DNA of 62,859 nucleotides, the filler included, from Octopus bimaculoides (taxonomy: Eukaryota), in NCBI RefSeq assembly GCF_001194135.2. It is 6 parts of 6 records of this genome, joined end to end, with 100 filler letters (N's around TTAATTAATTAA, not from the genome) between each part and the next. Parts side by side here need not be neighbours in the genome. Positions count along the whole stretch, not along the records: positions 54,520 to 62,859 come from NC_068994.1; 5 more parts are not named here. The stretch is one strand, 5' to 3'. A program made the translations under genes and the position numbers. Every line of letters starts with the position of its first letter. The stretch's first letter is position 1. The notes under the pieces are model-generated. The model made no database searches, was not told the DNA's origin, and was given only the letters and a program-made list of their open reading frames with translations. Of the stretch, positions 62,327-62,859 are shown in pieces.

Positions 62327-62859
62327 AGCTGTTACTACTACCACTACTTTGTTAAGGTTTGTTGCTGTTGTTCTTGGTTTTGTTACTGTTAATTAGATCT
62401 GGGAAATATGAAGGAAAGCTGTTTTTTTTTCTCCTCTTGTATGTTTGAATTATGGACTTATACACTTGCATACATACATGCATTTGTCCCTCTGCATGTG
62501 CATGCATATATATATATATGTATATATATATATGTATATATATGTATACATACATATACACATATGTGTGAGTGTCATTTATTGAAATATTTATATATAT
62601 ATTCAATCTATATGACTTATTGTTGCTTTGTGCTAATATGATATTCAATATATTTTGAATATAGTACTGCGATTATAGATAATATGTGTGTGCATGTATA
62701 CATATACACGTATATATACATTTATGTGTGTGTATTGCTGTACACTTCGATATACACCTGTACATATGTTTATATAAAGATATGCATATGTGTATCTGCA
62801 CATATGTAGATCATGAATGTGTGTGTCTGTGTGCATTATATATATATATATATATATAT

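Overview
AT-rich, microsatellite-dense, gapped eukaryotic scaffold. The SINE/MITE families look like octopus (cephalopod) repeats; this comes from recalled repeat families, not a search. Most of it is transposon debris: three near-full-length (~1.27 kb) dead Tc1/mariner elements (one DD37D maT, two DD34D), a pogo-like element, mariner/hAT/piggyBac-type MITEs, many tRNA-derived SINEs (three with target-site duplications), and CR1/L2-, RTE- and HERO-type LINE remnants. Penelope-like element (PLE) pieces are unusually dense. One PLE keeps an open 381-codon RT-thumb + GIY-YIG endonuclease frame. Minimal hammerhead ribozyme (HHR) motifs occur in four dissimilar sequence contexts. The best candidate for a new system is at 29916-30833. 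It is an apparently non-coding tandem unit of about 552 nt with one type I HHR per monomer and a palindromic, dimer-dependent stem III, capped by a 180-bp inverted arm, i.e. a retrozyme-like / PLE-derived candidate circular-RNA element. No host gene can be called firmly. Scattered spliceable segments with Ig-like and transmembrane-like motifs suggest degenerate Ig-superfamily genes (low confidence). Most listed ORFs are microsatellite or N-gap artefacts.
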